In this document: piece by piece, positions 12,846-25,114 of the stretch | Layout of the letters: the number at the start of each line of letters is the position of its first letter | Position numbering within the stretch: position 1 is the stretch's first letter | NCBI GenBank assembly: GCA_001179505.1 | Contig: CDMY01000278.1 | Span: 62,001-126,000, forward strand | Reading direction: 5' to 3' | From: Vitrella brassicaformis CCMP3155 | Lineage: Eukaryota > Protista > Chromerida | Length of the DNA: 64,000 nt | The notes under the pieces: generated by a model | The model's database searches: none | What the model was told of the DNA's origin: nothing | What the model saw: only the letters and a program-made list of their open reading frames with translations | Position numbers and translations under genes: made by a program

Positions 12846-13261
12846 CGCTGGCTGGAGGGCACAGGCAGATGGAGCAAGGGAAGGGAAGCACAGAGAGGAA
12901 AGCAAAAACGGCGGACAGTGCCTCTCGCGATATTCTCGACGTGCGAGCCTGGCACAGTGGAGGTGATCAGGACCAGGAACCATCACCCAGCAACAGCGGC
13001 ATTCAGAGAGACCGCTTCTCACGCGGCAATGGCACACCGCGCTTCCTGATCTCTGCTGAATCAGTGACTGGTGAGTGATCTCTCACGACCAGCGGTGGAG
13101 CGAGAAACGTCGAGAGGCGGCGACTGCACTCGTCTGGTTATCGAAAACGCCCGTCCACGGATCCAGTGCATCAGATCCCCCGGTGACAGTAGGCCAGGCC
13201 ACCGTCTTGCAAAGGTACAGCACGATGGATGGACAGATCACAGGAAGGTCTGTGTTTGACA

Positions 13262-13294
<33 letters not shown>

Positions 13295-13362
13295 GCAATT
13301 GTAGTAGACTGTTCCGCAATGATTCGAATGATCATGCGTCCTCCCTCTCGTGTGTGCCCTCG

Positions 13363-13942
13363 GATGAGGGCTACCAACCCGCCTTCGAAGACCAACCGGA
13401 AGAACAACCAGACAGGTGGCACATGAAACACAGACAACTACACCTGCATAGGCTGTGGTGTCATTCATGCGTGGTGTTGTGTGTACTTTCCAGCGCCCCC
13501 CTGCTCCCGTTGAAGAGGCCGCTGGCAAGACAGAGCCGCCTGTTAAAGGCCAAGGAGGAGGACAAGAAAGGTGAGGTGCAAAGGAGGTGCACAGTTGAAA
13601 CACCCGGGCAACAAGAAGAGGTTGGTGCATCCACCATCAGAGCAACAGCACTCACCCACCTCGACGCCACTGTGTCCTCACTCTGTCACACATGGATACG
13701 TGCAGGTCCCTCCAGCCCAAGAGCCTGACGCCACACATGTTGAAGAAACGTCGCCCGAGCACCCACCCCTCCACTGCGACATCACCTCCCTCACGAGGAC
13801 ACCCAGGACGACAACCATGACCACGTGTGCGAGAACAACTCGCTGGAGAGCAAGAAAGGCTCGACTGGCCCAAGCAGAGCAGCTCAGGGGGCGGGGTGGG
13901 TATGCCAGGGGGAAGGGATTGGGCGTTTTTAGTGCTGACTGA
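13363..13942 (+). CDS. Possible multi-exon, low-complexity hypothetical protein
   Basis: Several short purine-rich, repeat-free blocks bounded by AG/GT. I could not splice them all in one frame and recognised no domain. Confidence 0.25.
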
Positions 13943-15605
13943 CGTCGTGGTGGCAGTGCGGTGCATATAGGTGGCCGACCGTGGCATATTGCTCTGTCTC
14001 ACTTCTTGTGTGTGTGTGGGTGCATACGTGCGTGTGTGGTATGTGTGTGTGTGGATGTGTACACAGACAGACATTGACCGATGGACTGGCTGATCTGACT
14101 GACTGCTGGCAATGGGTTGACTGACTGACGGCATGGTGGGTGGGGTGGTGGGGCGGGCGCACAAACAATGAACAGGGCGAAGCGAGGCGAGGCCAGGTGG
14201 GGTCCTTTTGTTTGGCTGCGGGAGGGATCTTTTTGGTGAGGGATGTGAAGCGGGCGGGTGTATAGGTGTGCACATGTACCCGTATGTATTGCTAACTAAG
14301 GTGGAGCAGACAGAGACACAGACTCCTCGTGCTGCTGCTGCTGCTGCTGCCTGCCGATGCCGATGGCCCGGCAGTGATGAATGAATCGACCGCCCTTTTT
14401 CGGTTATCGCTCATATGATTCGAACCCTCTCGCTGACTTGTGGTGCGTGCGTGTGCGCTTGATGCGAGAAGACCTCCTTCTTAATCATCCTGGTGCGTTT
14501 ATATATCTCTCCTCTCTCTCTGCGTGTCTGTTAGAGACTGGCAACCTGACAGCCAGACAGCCAGACAGCCAGACAGCCAGAAGGAATCATCGCTACTGGC
14601 CGTTGTGCAGTAGAGTGTGTAATTGAGGGCGTACTTGTGTGTGTACAGAGAATAAAAGTACCCTCACATACATGTATATACAGACGCGTACGTGCAGGTG
14701 TGGGTGTGGGTTTCTGTCGGTGTGGGAGAAGGCAATGAAGGAGTGCAACAACCCTGGCGTGCTCGACGCTGCCATCGTCTGGGCCATTTTGTTGCTTCAC
14801 TGTCTGTTCACACACAGACAAAGCCCACTGCCTGGTGTGTATACCTGAGTAAACCTGACTGACTTGACCGAAAGCATCTTAGCGCTCATGTTTTCCCTCC
14901 CTGTCCCCCACAGCATGACCTGTTGTGACGTGTCGTCTCGTCTCGTCTCGTCTCTTCATGTACAGCTGGATGGATGGATGGAGGGGGGGAGGGAGGGATG
15001 GAGGGAGGGACGTGTGTGTATATGTCGTTCATATGGCAATGGGCAATGGCAGCACCTGAGCCAGGAGAGCTGTGTGCGTGCATGTGTGTGCCGGTCTCTG
15101 ACTAGTCATCGAAGCACATGGATGCCTTTTCGTGTCAATTCGCTCTCTTTCTTCCGCGCGCCAACCTCAGCTAGGTATCTATCGCAGCCATTTCTGGGTG
15201 CATGGGTGCATTCATGTGCAATGTGTACGTGTGTGGGAGAGGGTGGGTGGTGGGACCACATCTCTTGCTGCTGCTGGAAGGGACCTCATTGCCTTCATAA
15301 TCGGGTGTGCATTTGTGTGTGGACATACAGTGGTCATGCTGGCTATGTATGGTACAGCAAACGTCTCAGACGGGCCATGCAGCAGACGGCATCCCGTCGG
15401 CAAGTGTCCAGGCACGCTCATAAAGGCTCGCCATCGGTACAATTACCATCATTCTCACACAAGGGACACATACAGCTGTACATTCATACGTACACGGCAA
15501 AAACTCTCTCCTTACAAGTTGCCACCCATTTGCAGTCCACACCAGGCTGTGTAGTTTGGCTATGCGGCAGCGATGAGTGTCTGCGTGCCTGCTGCTCTTG
15601 AGCCT

Positions 15606-16148
15606 TCAGGGTAGGATACTACAGATCACCATGAGCAGACCCCACAGTAACAGGTAAAGCAGACCAAGAAAAGGGCTAGCCATAGAGCCGAACGTGCAGA
15701 GGACGAGTCCCACAGAACCCACCCCGAGAGCTGCTCGACGCTCGAAAAGAACCTGCTCTTCCTTACGCCGCTGCCCCTCTTGAGCTTCCGCCAGCTGCTT
15801 CTTGAGGGTCGAGACAGTGGCTTCTCGATCTGCCAGCTGCTGTTCAGTAGCCTTCAGTCGGTCATTCTTGTCCTTGATGGTACCCTCAGCCTTTCCTGCT
15901 GCCTCTTTCTGGCTCTTGATGCTGTCCTGAGCGTCTGCCAGGCTCTTGGTATTCTTTTTCAGCGCCTCGTTGCACTCCACCAGCTGCACCTGGGTGCTTG
16001 AGATAGCCGCTTCTTGATCTGTCAGCTGCTGTTCGGCAGCCTTGAGCCCGTCTGTCGCCTCTTTGCTTTGCTGGACGGCATCCATCACGCGCTTTGTTTC
16101 CTCTCCCAGTGCATAGTCGCGCGCCGCCAGTTGCTCCTCCAATAGCAT
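15606..16148 (-). CDS. Coiled-coil protein with C-terminal transmembrane anchor
   Basis: About 130 aa of heptad E/K/Q/A-rich sequence, then hydrophobic GVGSVGLVLCTFGSMASPFLGLLYLLLWGLLMVICSILP*. 5' end uncertain. Confidence 0.7.
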   Translation of the reverse strand: MLLEEQLAARDYALGEETKRVMDAVQQSKEATDGLKAAEQQLTDQEAAISSTQVQLVECNEALKKNTKSLADAQDSIKSQKEAAGKAEGTIKDKNDRLKATEQQLADREATVSTLKKQLAEAQEGQRRKEEQVLFERRAALGVGSVGLVLCTFGSMASPFLGLLYLLLWGLLMVICSILP

Positions 16149-16829
16149 GACGGTGGCGTGTTTCACCTTGGCCGTCCGTCGCGAGGGCGGCAAACAGCTC
16201 CGCCTGCTCCTCACGCGGAAATGATGCCACGTCCTGCTGCCTCTCGTGCAGGTGGCGCGCGACGGGCAGCCGCTGGGGTGCGGGCAGTGAATGCCACACG
16301 CGTCGGCCGTCAGCTGTGTGTTGGATGCGGCTGGCGAGGCGGCGAAGCGGTGACAGATGCCGGGAGAGCCGGTGAAGAGCAAACCGGGGCATCAGCGACG
16401 AACGGCCGACGAACGACCTGCGTGCAACACGGATGACACATAGCACACGGACAAGGCGTGCCGCATCTTGCCTACGGGTGGCCGTGAGAAGCGGAATGTT
16501 TTCACTTCATGAGGAGGTCATTCTGCAAGACACACCAGCGCAGGAGATCAAGAAGCGGTGAGAAGTCGTGTAGGTGTGCAGCTGCCACTGAGTAGGACTC
16601 ACCTTGTAGGCAGACTTGCCCCGCTCGCAGGGCTCAAGAACTCATCCAAAGCGAAGCGATCGCCAGATCTGCGAGCGGAAGATCTTGGAGATCTCCAGCT
16701 TGGGAGCGGCCGCCAGGACAGTCAGAGCATCGCTGACACCGTCGGTACTCAGATCCGCTGCAATCTCGACACACAGGCAACCACAGGCTGATTGGCTTTC
16801 CTATCTCTCCTTGCCATAGGGACGAGCGG

Positions 16830-17416
16830 ATGTCACACCCATCATCTCCCCGGGTGCAGACGCACAAGGAAACCGCCGACCAACTCATCGAGGCAGAGCG
16901 ACAGATCAGGCAACAGCAGGAGCGGCTTACTCATGCAGATCTCGAGAGGCGACTGGCAGCTGTGGAGAGGCAGCAGGCGGCCTGGCGCGATGAGCAGCAG
17001 ACAGCCACCATCAGGCAGCTGCAGGACAGCAACGCGGCGATGGGGTCCAAGATAGATGCTCTCAAGGCGCAGCTGGTGGAGGGTGACACGGCACTGGCTG
17101 AGAGTGAGAAGCACGTGGGGACCGCCCGAGCCGATGTCGAGGCCTTAAAAGTGGTACTGGCGCAGCTGGTGAGCGGGATGGAAAGCGCAGCCGTGCGCAG
17201 AAGGACAGTGAGGCATTGAGAGCCGAGATGGCGGGAAAACAGAAGCGGCTGACCGAGGCTGACACGACCATCAAGACCCTCCAAGCGAAGCAGAGAGGAG
17301 AGAGCCCCCCGCCAGTTTTTGGTCGTCTTTGGCTTTCTTATTTATTCTTTGTGTCCTGTCCTGCGGCAAGTTACTTGCCTGCCCTGCCCCATCGTTTCCT
17401 TCACTCTTCGACCTAG
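16830..17416 (+). CDS. Coiled-coil hypothetical protein, probably with a 32-nt intron at 17169-17200
   Basis: Heptad-rich ORF ...DLERRLAAVERQQ...KVVLAQL continues as KDSEALRAEMAGKQKRLTEADTTIKTLQ if GTGAGC...GCGCAG is removed. Both ends uncertain. Confidence 0.6.
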
Positions 17417-18526
17417 CGAGCGTGGTGATGAGCTTTTTGGGGCTGCTTTGTGTGATCTGCCGGGGGGCTCGTGAACAAGGGTGGCTGATATATATATATG
17501 AAGGGCACTGAAGACAGAGCGGTCCAGCAGACCCCTGTGTGTGACTGATGGATGGATGGATGGTCTTCTGGCTGATGTCGTGGTGTGTCGTGAGTGTGCT
17601 GTGTCTGACCTTCCTCTGATGGTCAGAGGTTGCTGGGTCTCCTTGTTCGCGATTCAGGCAGGCAGGCAGGTTAGGCAGATCGATCGATCACGTGCATTTT
17701 TGCAGCTATCCTGCCTGCCATCGTTCACACGTATGGCAAGTGTGCATCTGGTACTCATTTTGCGTAGCGGGGAGATGTGGGGGTGTATGAGGTCGGGAAA
17801 ATATGACGCTGTATAGATGAGACCTTGCGTGTGTGGTGCGCTTTATTGACTTTGTATACGGTTGCGCGACAGACAGATATGACTATGGTCGAATGGAGCA
17901 GCGTGATTGACCACTAAATCCCTTAATTATCCACACATCACATCACATCAATCGGCGGCAGAGCAGTCTCTCCCGCCATTTCATCAACCATCCCTTCTCG
18001 CAGAGGTAGGTGTTTTGAGTGGGTGAGTGGGTGTCGGTCTTTCTAGTTTCTGTCGGTGCGTGCGGACCACCAATCGAGACATCGAAGGGTTCATCGGTCG
18101 AAGACACTGTCATTCAGCCAGCCAGTCAGTCAGTCACCACACACACATCCATCCATCCAGCTGCACCAACGTGTGATTTTGTTCACACGGCTAGTCACCC
18201 GTCTCTAGCTATTCAAATGCAGGTAGGCAGAGATACAGGCAGCAAGTGAGCCATCAATCAAGGCATTCACGTCGAAGACGCCCGACTGGAGGGGTGCCAC
18301 TGGGTGAACACATGATGAGAATGACTCACACCCACCGGTGCCTGTCTGTCCAGCTGCTGGCCTGCCTGCCTCCCATCTATCAGTCCGTCCACCCACACCG
18401 GGGAAGCAGCGAGTGAGGTAGCGACGTCAACCTAGTTGCGCACATCAAAACCTTCCCACCTGCCCGTCTGCCTGCCCCTCACCCTCATCCATCCATCCAT
18501 CCATCCATGTGCCCCGCTCACACATC

Positions 18527-20385
18527 TCACGTCAGCTGCAGCGGTCTGAAGGTCGCTATGCCGTCCCGGCCCCTCTCGACGCACCCCAACTGCTGCCACT
18601 GGAACTGGCAGTCGTCATCCCCCAGGTGCTCGTTGAAGCCCTTGACCACCCCCGCCACGCCATGCTGGGCCGCCTCGTCCAGCCGGGCCCTGTGGACCAC
18701 CTCACGCACACCCAGCAGCCGGTGCTGCCCGCCCCCCTGCTGTCCCCTGATGGCGAAGCACTGCAGCGGCACCCGCACCATCTCGCCGCCCACATCGGCC
18801 ATCCCGCCCACCACCTCCCTGTTGCTGCTGGCCGCAAGCGCCGACCGGACGAAATGCTCAACAACCGCACGCACACGCCGGGCCATGGCGGTGTGGCGAA
18901 CACCGATCGCCTCAGTGATGGTCTGGGTGGCGGCCGCCATGTCGAAGAGGTACGATGCGATGCGCCAGGCGAAGATGGGGGCCTCCTGCGGGACGACGGC
19001 CAGCCGGGGGGCGAGCAAGGCCGCGAGCGACCGCTGAGGGGCGAGGGCGGCGTTGATGGCAGCCATGACGGCATCTGGCAGATTGTTGAGCACTGTCGCG
19101 TACTCGGGCAGCACCAGCTGGCGACGACGGCGGTCCTCCTCTGTGGCTGTGGGCATGAGAGCGATGTCAACGCCCGCCTGGAGCAGCACACGGATGGTGG
19201 TCTTGACGTGGGGGATCCGGACGGTGAGGCGGTCCCTCTCGGCCTGCTCCGTGTTGTTGTCCTGCAGCTGTTGGATGTCCTCATCGAGCCGTTCGGCAGC
19301 GACGGTGAGGGGTGTGTAGGTGGGGTCATTCGGGGTCCCTCTGTTGATGTCGGCAGCGGTGAGACGCCGACACAGAGAGGCAGCGACACGGTGGGAGCCG
19401 CAGCTGCAGAGTGCCGCCAAGTGCAATGGCGTGCGTCCACCCAATATGTCCACGGCCGTGATGTCGCCCCGTTGGCCACCAGCAGGTCGATGTAGCTCTC
19501 GATGAACTGCTGGGACCAGACGGGAGGTCTCATGGCCGCATTATGCAGCAGATTCATGCCACCCAGGTCCCGCTCGATTGCGAGTGTGGTGTCACGCTGG
19601 ATGAGCTGCCGGTAGAAGGACAGCAGGATGGCCTCGTGAGCCTCAGTCGGCTGGTCCGTCGGCAATGTGCGCACCTGCATCGCCGCCTCCCGCCCGCGCA
19701 GCTGGATGCCTGGAACAGGCAGACAGAAAGACAGACAGACATCATGATGTGTGTTCCGTGTCGTGAGTGGTGTAAATGGGTGTGCACCTGGCTGGCCCAT
19801 CAGCAGGTCGAAGGCGGCCCGGTTGCACGACGCGAGGGCCACCCGGATGGGCCTAGACAAATGGCTACCGCCATTGATGTCCGCCCCTCTCTGGATGAGA
19901 GCCCGCATGACGGCGAGCTGGAGTGCTGGCGTCTCCCACGTGGGCATGGCGACGGGAGAGTAGTCACCGCCGTCGCCTGCCCAGATGGACGGCAGACTGT
20001 TGTCCGTGAGATTGTCGATGCACAGCGCCACCAGCGGATAAGCTTCATAGCGACCCGTGGTGCCCGCCACCCGCAGCAGTGGCTCCACGTTGAGGTCGGC
20101 TCCCTTCTGCTGAATCAGCTGCGTCACCTGCTGTGCGTCGGTGATGGTGCGGCGAATGATGGATTCGGACAGCTGTCTGCTGGCGTAACTGGTGCCAAGA
20201 GGGAAGCGGACGTCGATCTCGCCGCTCTCCAAGCTATTCCAGCCAGATGGTAACGGCGCACCTGGTGGGACAGCGTCCACAGAGGAGGGTGGCATGTGTG
20301 TTGGTGGTGGATGATTTTCTGACCTACCTCCGGTCTGTCGGCCCTGACCGCTGCCCTGCTGCCCATCGGATCCGTCACCACCGAC
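18527..20385 (-). pseudogene. Ankyrin-repeat gene, copy 1 of tandem array; carries a 1-nt deletion frameshift near 19465; 5' end lies in a gap
   Basis: ANK motifs (ALIQRGADING, TPLHLAALC, VLLQAGVDIAL). The sequence reads ATGTCGCCCC at 19461 where copy 2 has ATGTCGGCCCC, shifting the frame. Confidence 0.7.
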
Positions 20386-20685
20386 NNNNNNNNNNNNNNN
20401 NNNNNNNNNNNNNNNNNNNNNNNNNNNNNNNNNNNNNNNNNNNNNNNNNNNNNNNNNNNNNNNNNNNNNNNNNNNNNNNNNNNNNNNNNNNNNNNNNNNN
20501 NNNNNNNNNNNNNNNNNNNNNNNNNNNNNNNNNNNNNNNNNNNNNNNNNNNNNNNNNNNNNNNNNNNNNNNNNNNNNNNNNNNNNNNNNNNNNNNNNNNN
20601 NNNNNNNNNNNNNNNNNNNNNNNNNNNNNNNNNNNNNNNNNNNNNNNNNNNNNNNNNNNNNNNNNNNNNNNNNNNNNNNNNNNNN
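20386..20685. other. Assembly gap (300 N)
   Basis: Run of exactly 300 N. Confidence 1.
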
Positions 20686-22057
20686 GTACGATGCGATGCG
20701 CCAGGCGAAGATGGGGGCCTCCTGCGGGACGACGGCCAGCCGGGGGGCGAGCAAGGCCGCGAGCGACCGCTGAGGGGCGAGGGCGGCGTTGATGGCAGCC
20801 ATGACGGCATCTGGCAGATTGTTGAGCACTGTCGCGTACTCGGGCAGCACCAGCTGGCGACGACGGCGGTCCTCCTCTGTGGCTGTGGGCATGAGGGCGA
20901 TGTCAGCGCCCGCCTGGAGCAGCACACGGATGGTGGTCTTGACGTGGGGGATCCGGAACGTGAGGCGGTCCCTCACGGCCTGCTCGGTGGTGTCGTCCTG
21001 CAGCTGTTGGATGTCCTCATCGAGCCGTTCGGCAGCGACGGTGAGGGGTGTCTCGTTGCCAAAGAGCGTCCCTCTGTTGATGTCGGCAGCGGTGAGACGC
21101 CGACACAGAGAGGCAGCGACACGGTGGGAGCCGTAGCTGCAGAGTGCCGCCAAGTGCAATAGCGTGCGTCCACCCAATATGTCCACGGCCGTGATGTCGG
21201 CCCCGTTGGCCACCAGCAGGTCGATGTAGCTCTCGATGAACTGCTGGGACCAAACGGGAGGTCTCATGGCCGCACTATGCAGCAGATTCATGCCACCCAG
21301 GTCCCGCTCGGTTGCGAGTGTGGTGTCACGCTGGATGAGCTGCCGGTAGAAGGACAGCAGGATGGCCTCGTGAGCCTCAGTCGGCTGGTCCGTCGGCAAT
21401 GTGCGCACCTGCATCGCCGCCTCCCGTCCGCGCAGCTGGATGCCTGGAACAGGCAGACAGAAAGACAGACAGACATCATGATGTGTGTTCCATGTCGTGA
21501 GTGCTGTGAATGGGTGTGCACCTGACTGGCCCATGAGCAGGTCGAAGGCGGCCCGGTTGCACGACGCGAGGGCCACCCGGATGGGTCTAGACAAATGGCT
21601 ACCGCCATTGATGTCCGCCCCTCTCTGGATGAGAGCCCGCATGACGGCGAGCTGGAGTGCTGGCGTCTCCCACGTGGGCATGGCGACGGGAGAGTAGTCA
21701 CCGCCGTCGCCTGCCCAGATGGACGGCAGACGGTTGTCCGTGAGATTGTCGATGCACAGCGCCACCAGCGGATAAGCTTCATAGCGACCCGTGGTGCCCG
21801 CCACCCGCAGCAGTGGCTCCACGTTGAGGTCGGCTCCCTTCTGTTGGATCAGCTGCGTCACCTGCTGTGCGTCAGTGATGGTGCGGCGAATGATGGATTC
21901 GGACAGCTGTCTGCTGGCGTAACTGGTGCCAAGAGGGAAGCGGACGCCGATCTCGCCGCTCTCCAAGCTATTCCAGCCAGATGGTAACGGCGCACCTGGT
22001 GGGACAGCGTCCACAGAGGAGGGTGGCATGTGTGTTGGTGGTGGGTGATTTTCTGAC
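20686..22057 (-). CDS. Ankyrin-repeat gene, copy 2 (both ends in gaps), near-identical to copy 1
   Basis: Direct alignment with copy 1 at an offset of about 1734 nt; open frame; same intron position. Confidence 0.85.
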
Positions 22058-22357
22058 NNNNNNNNNNNNNNNNNNNNNNNNNNNNNNNNNNNNNNNNNNN
22101 NNNNNNNNNNNNNNNNNNNNNNNNNNNNNNNNNNNNNNNNNNNNNNNNNNNNNNNNNNNNNNNNNNNNNNNNNNNNNNNNNNNNNNNNNNNNNNNNNNNN
22201 NNNNNNNNNNNNNNNNNNNNNNNNNNNNNNNNNNNNNNNNNNNNNNNNNNNNNNNNNNNNNNNNNNNNNNNNNNNNNNNNNNNNNNNNNNNNNNNNNNNN
22301 NNNNNNNNNNNNNNNNNNNNNNNNNNNNNNNNNNNNNNNNNNNNNNNNNNNNNNNNN
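22058..22357. other. Assembly gap (300 N)
   Basis: Run of exactly 300 N. Confidence 1.
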
Positions 22358-23727
22358 GTGATGGTCTGGGTGGCGGCCGCCATGTCGAAGAGGTACGATG
22401 CGATGCGCCAGGCGAAGATGGGGGCCTCCTGCGGGCCGACGGCCAGCCGGGGGCCGAGCAAGGCCGCGAGCGACCGCTGAGGGGCGAGGGCGGCGCTGAT
22501 GGCAGCCATGACATCATCTGGCAGATTGTTGAGCACTGTCGCGTACTCGGGCAGCACCAGCTGGAGACGACGGCGGTCACGCTCGGTGGCTGTGGGCATG
22601 AGGGCGATGTCAGCGCCCGCCTGGAGGAGCACACGGATGGTGTGCTGTAGCTGGGAGATCCGGATGGCGAGCCGGTCCCTCTCGGCCTGCTCCAAGATGT
22701 CGTCCCGCAGATGTTGGCTGTTGTCATCGAGCCGTCCGGCAGCGACGGTGAGGGGTGTGTAGGTGGGGTCATTCGGGTCCCCTCTGTTGATGTCGGCAGC
22801 GGTGACACGCCGACACAGAGAAGCAACGACACACTGGGAGCCCCAGGCCGCCACCCGATGCAATGGTGTCAGCCCACCGTCGTCCGCGGCCGCGATGTCG
22901 GCCCCGTTGGCCAACAGCAGGTCGATATAGCTCTCGATGAACTGCTGGGACCAGACGGGCTTCGTCGTGGCCGCCCAATGTTGCAGATTCCTGCCATTCG
23001 AGCCCCGCTCGGTTGCGAGTGTGGGGTCTTGCTGGATGAGCTGCCGGTAGAAGGACAGCAGCGTGGCCTCGTGAGCCTCAGTCGGCTCATCCGTCTCCAA
23101 CGTGAGCGGCAGGTCCATCACCCAACGCCCCCGCAGCTGGATGCCTGGGACAGAGAGACAGAGAGACAGACAGACAGACATCATGATGTGTGTTTCGTGT
23201 CGTAAGTGCTGTGAATGGGTGCGCACCTGGCTGGCCCATCAGCAGGTCGAATGCGGCCCGGTTGCACGAGGCGATGGCCACCACGATGGGCGTATGGTCA
23301 TCCTCACCCGCATTGATGTCGGCGCCGCTTTCGATGAGGCTTCGCATGATGGCGAGCTGCAGGGAGGGCGTCTCCCACATGGGCAAAACGACGGGACAGT
23401 CTTCATCGTCGTCATCTGCCCATATGGACGGCACGCTGTTGTCAGTGAGGTTGTCGATGCACAGGGACAGCAGCGGATAGGGCCTGTAGTCATCCGTGTT
23501 GCCCGCCACACACAGCCGCGCCTCCACATTGGGGTCGGCTCCATGCCGCTGAATCAGCTGGGTCATATGCTGTTCGTCAGTGATGGTGCGCTCTATGATG
23601 GCCTCGGACAGCTCTCTGCTGGCGTCACTGATGCCAGGAGGGAAGGCGAGGTTGATGCCGTCCCCGTAACTCTTCCAGCCAGGTCGTAGCGACGGACCTG
23701 TGGGCGACAAACCTGACAGACAGACAG

Positions 23728-23759
<32 letters not shown>

Positions 23760-23905
23760 TATTATCAACGATTTGTGTGTCGGCGATTGTTTACCTCCGC
23801 TCTGTGGCCCCTGGCTCTGCCCGCTGCCCTGCTGCCCACTGCCGCCACCAGCACAACCATTGAGACCCCGACACACACCACTGACGCCTCCACAATCACC
23901 TACAC
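22358..23905 (-). CDS. Ankyrin-repeat gene, copy 3 (more diverged; 3' end in gap, 5' exon boundary uncertain)
   Basis: Paralogous protein (YPLLSLCIDNLTDN, LIESGADINAG, GLTPLHRVAAWG); introns at the same positions as in copies 1 and 2. Confidence 0.85.
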
Positions 23906-25114
23906 ACACGCACACACATCCGAGCAGGTGAACGTGCTGCTGTTGTATTGTGCGGTCACTCACCACGGTCAGCGCCATTGCGATTGTCTCCCTCTATGTG
24001 CCCGGCGCCGCCATGGTCCTCCTCCTCACCTTCACCGTCTGCAATCACACGATGACATACACACGGCGTGTTGGCTCTCGTTGTACTTGCTTGGTCACCG
24101 TCCGCCATAGCAGCAAAGGGCATGTCGGTGTGGTGACGATCAGAGGACATCGCTCACTCAGATGCACACAGACAGCTGCACGAACGACACAGACAGAGAG
24201 ATGGCTCTTTCTGGTGCATGTGTTGTGCGCATCAATCAGTGCTGTGCTTGCCTATCAAACGTATAAGTCGACGGCCCGCTGCACACACAGACGCTCACTC
24301 AATCAATCAGTCCACCTGTTGACAAGGCAGATCTCGACCTGACAGCAAACAGCTCATCGGTGTGCTTGTGAGTGAGCCAATCGCCGCATCTTCCCACCTA
24401 CCGTTGGACGAGAAGCTGCTATAGCTACGTTGCCGGATAATCCATCGGGCCAACAGCGGGAAGCGGCTGAGCGATGGGCATACGGACTCGTCCTCAAGAG
24501 GGTCTCACTGTGCCTCCACTGGCCAAGAGCCTTGCGAGGACCAGTTCTCCCTTCTCTCAGGCTCGCATCGATCGGCTTGCGAGTTGACAAAGGAGTGCGA
24601 AGGAGCCCTTCTGGTGGGCTCAGAGGGTTCGTCAGGAGCCAAGCACTCAGCCGCAGTGAGCCCCAATCACTTTGGATGAATTGCTTTCGGTGGAAAGGGC
24701 AGCTCACATGGCTCCCTATGCGTGTGTCAGGGTGTGTGCACATGACTCACAGACTCATATATGGACACAATGTTTGTGCACGAACATGAAGCCCATGATG
24801 CAGTGAGTGAGTCAGTGCTATAGACACCCCCGCTGCCCTCACTCTCCACAGCCCCGTGCAGCTGTCTACCTAGACCGTCGAGCTCACGGGCCTGGCTGTC
24901 TGTCTGTCAGTTGCTCGCGCGGCTCAACTCTCGTGCACGGTCGCCGTGCCCCTCCTGGTCCGCAATGGTGACATACACTTCATCCATAGCATCGATCTCA
25001 CGGCATAAAAGAGCTACACAGCCCCCAGTGTGCTACACGTCCTCGCAGCTTCCCTTCCCTCCCTCCCGCCCGCCATCTCGCACATGTACGGACGTTGGCA
25101 GGCGGGTAGGAAGG

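Noticed and set aside
14380-15600. Possible small exons
   Set aside because: No domain similarity and no frame-consistent splice path found.
18556-23226. 1556-aa ORF as one giant ankyrin protein
   Set aside because: Artefact of reading through two 300-N gaps, stop-free introns and a frameshift. It is three separate gene copies.
18507-23689. Long plus-strand ORFs antisense to the ankyrin genes (and similar antisense ORFs over RAP, PUF and FAD2)
   Set aside because: Expected shadows of GC-rich codon usage; no domain content.
24354-24789. Repeat-free 400-bp block with overlapping ORFs; considered an ncRNA or mobile-element fragment
   Set aside because: No recognisable snRNA, SRP or tRNA motifs, terminal repeats or protein motifs. 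An Rfam/BLAST search is needed.
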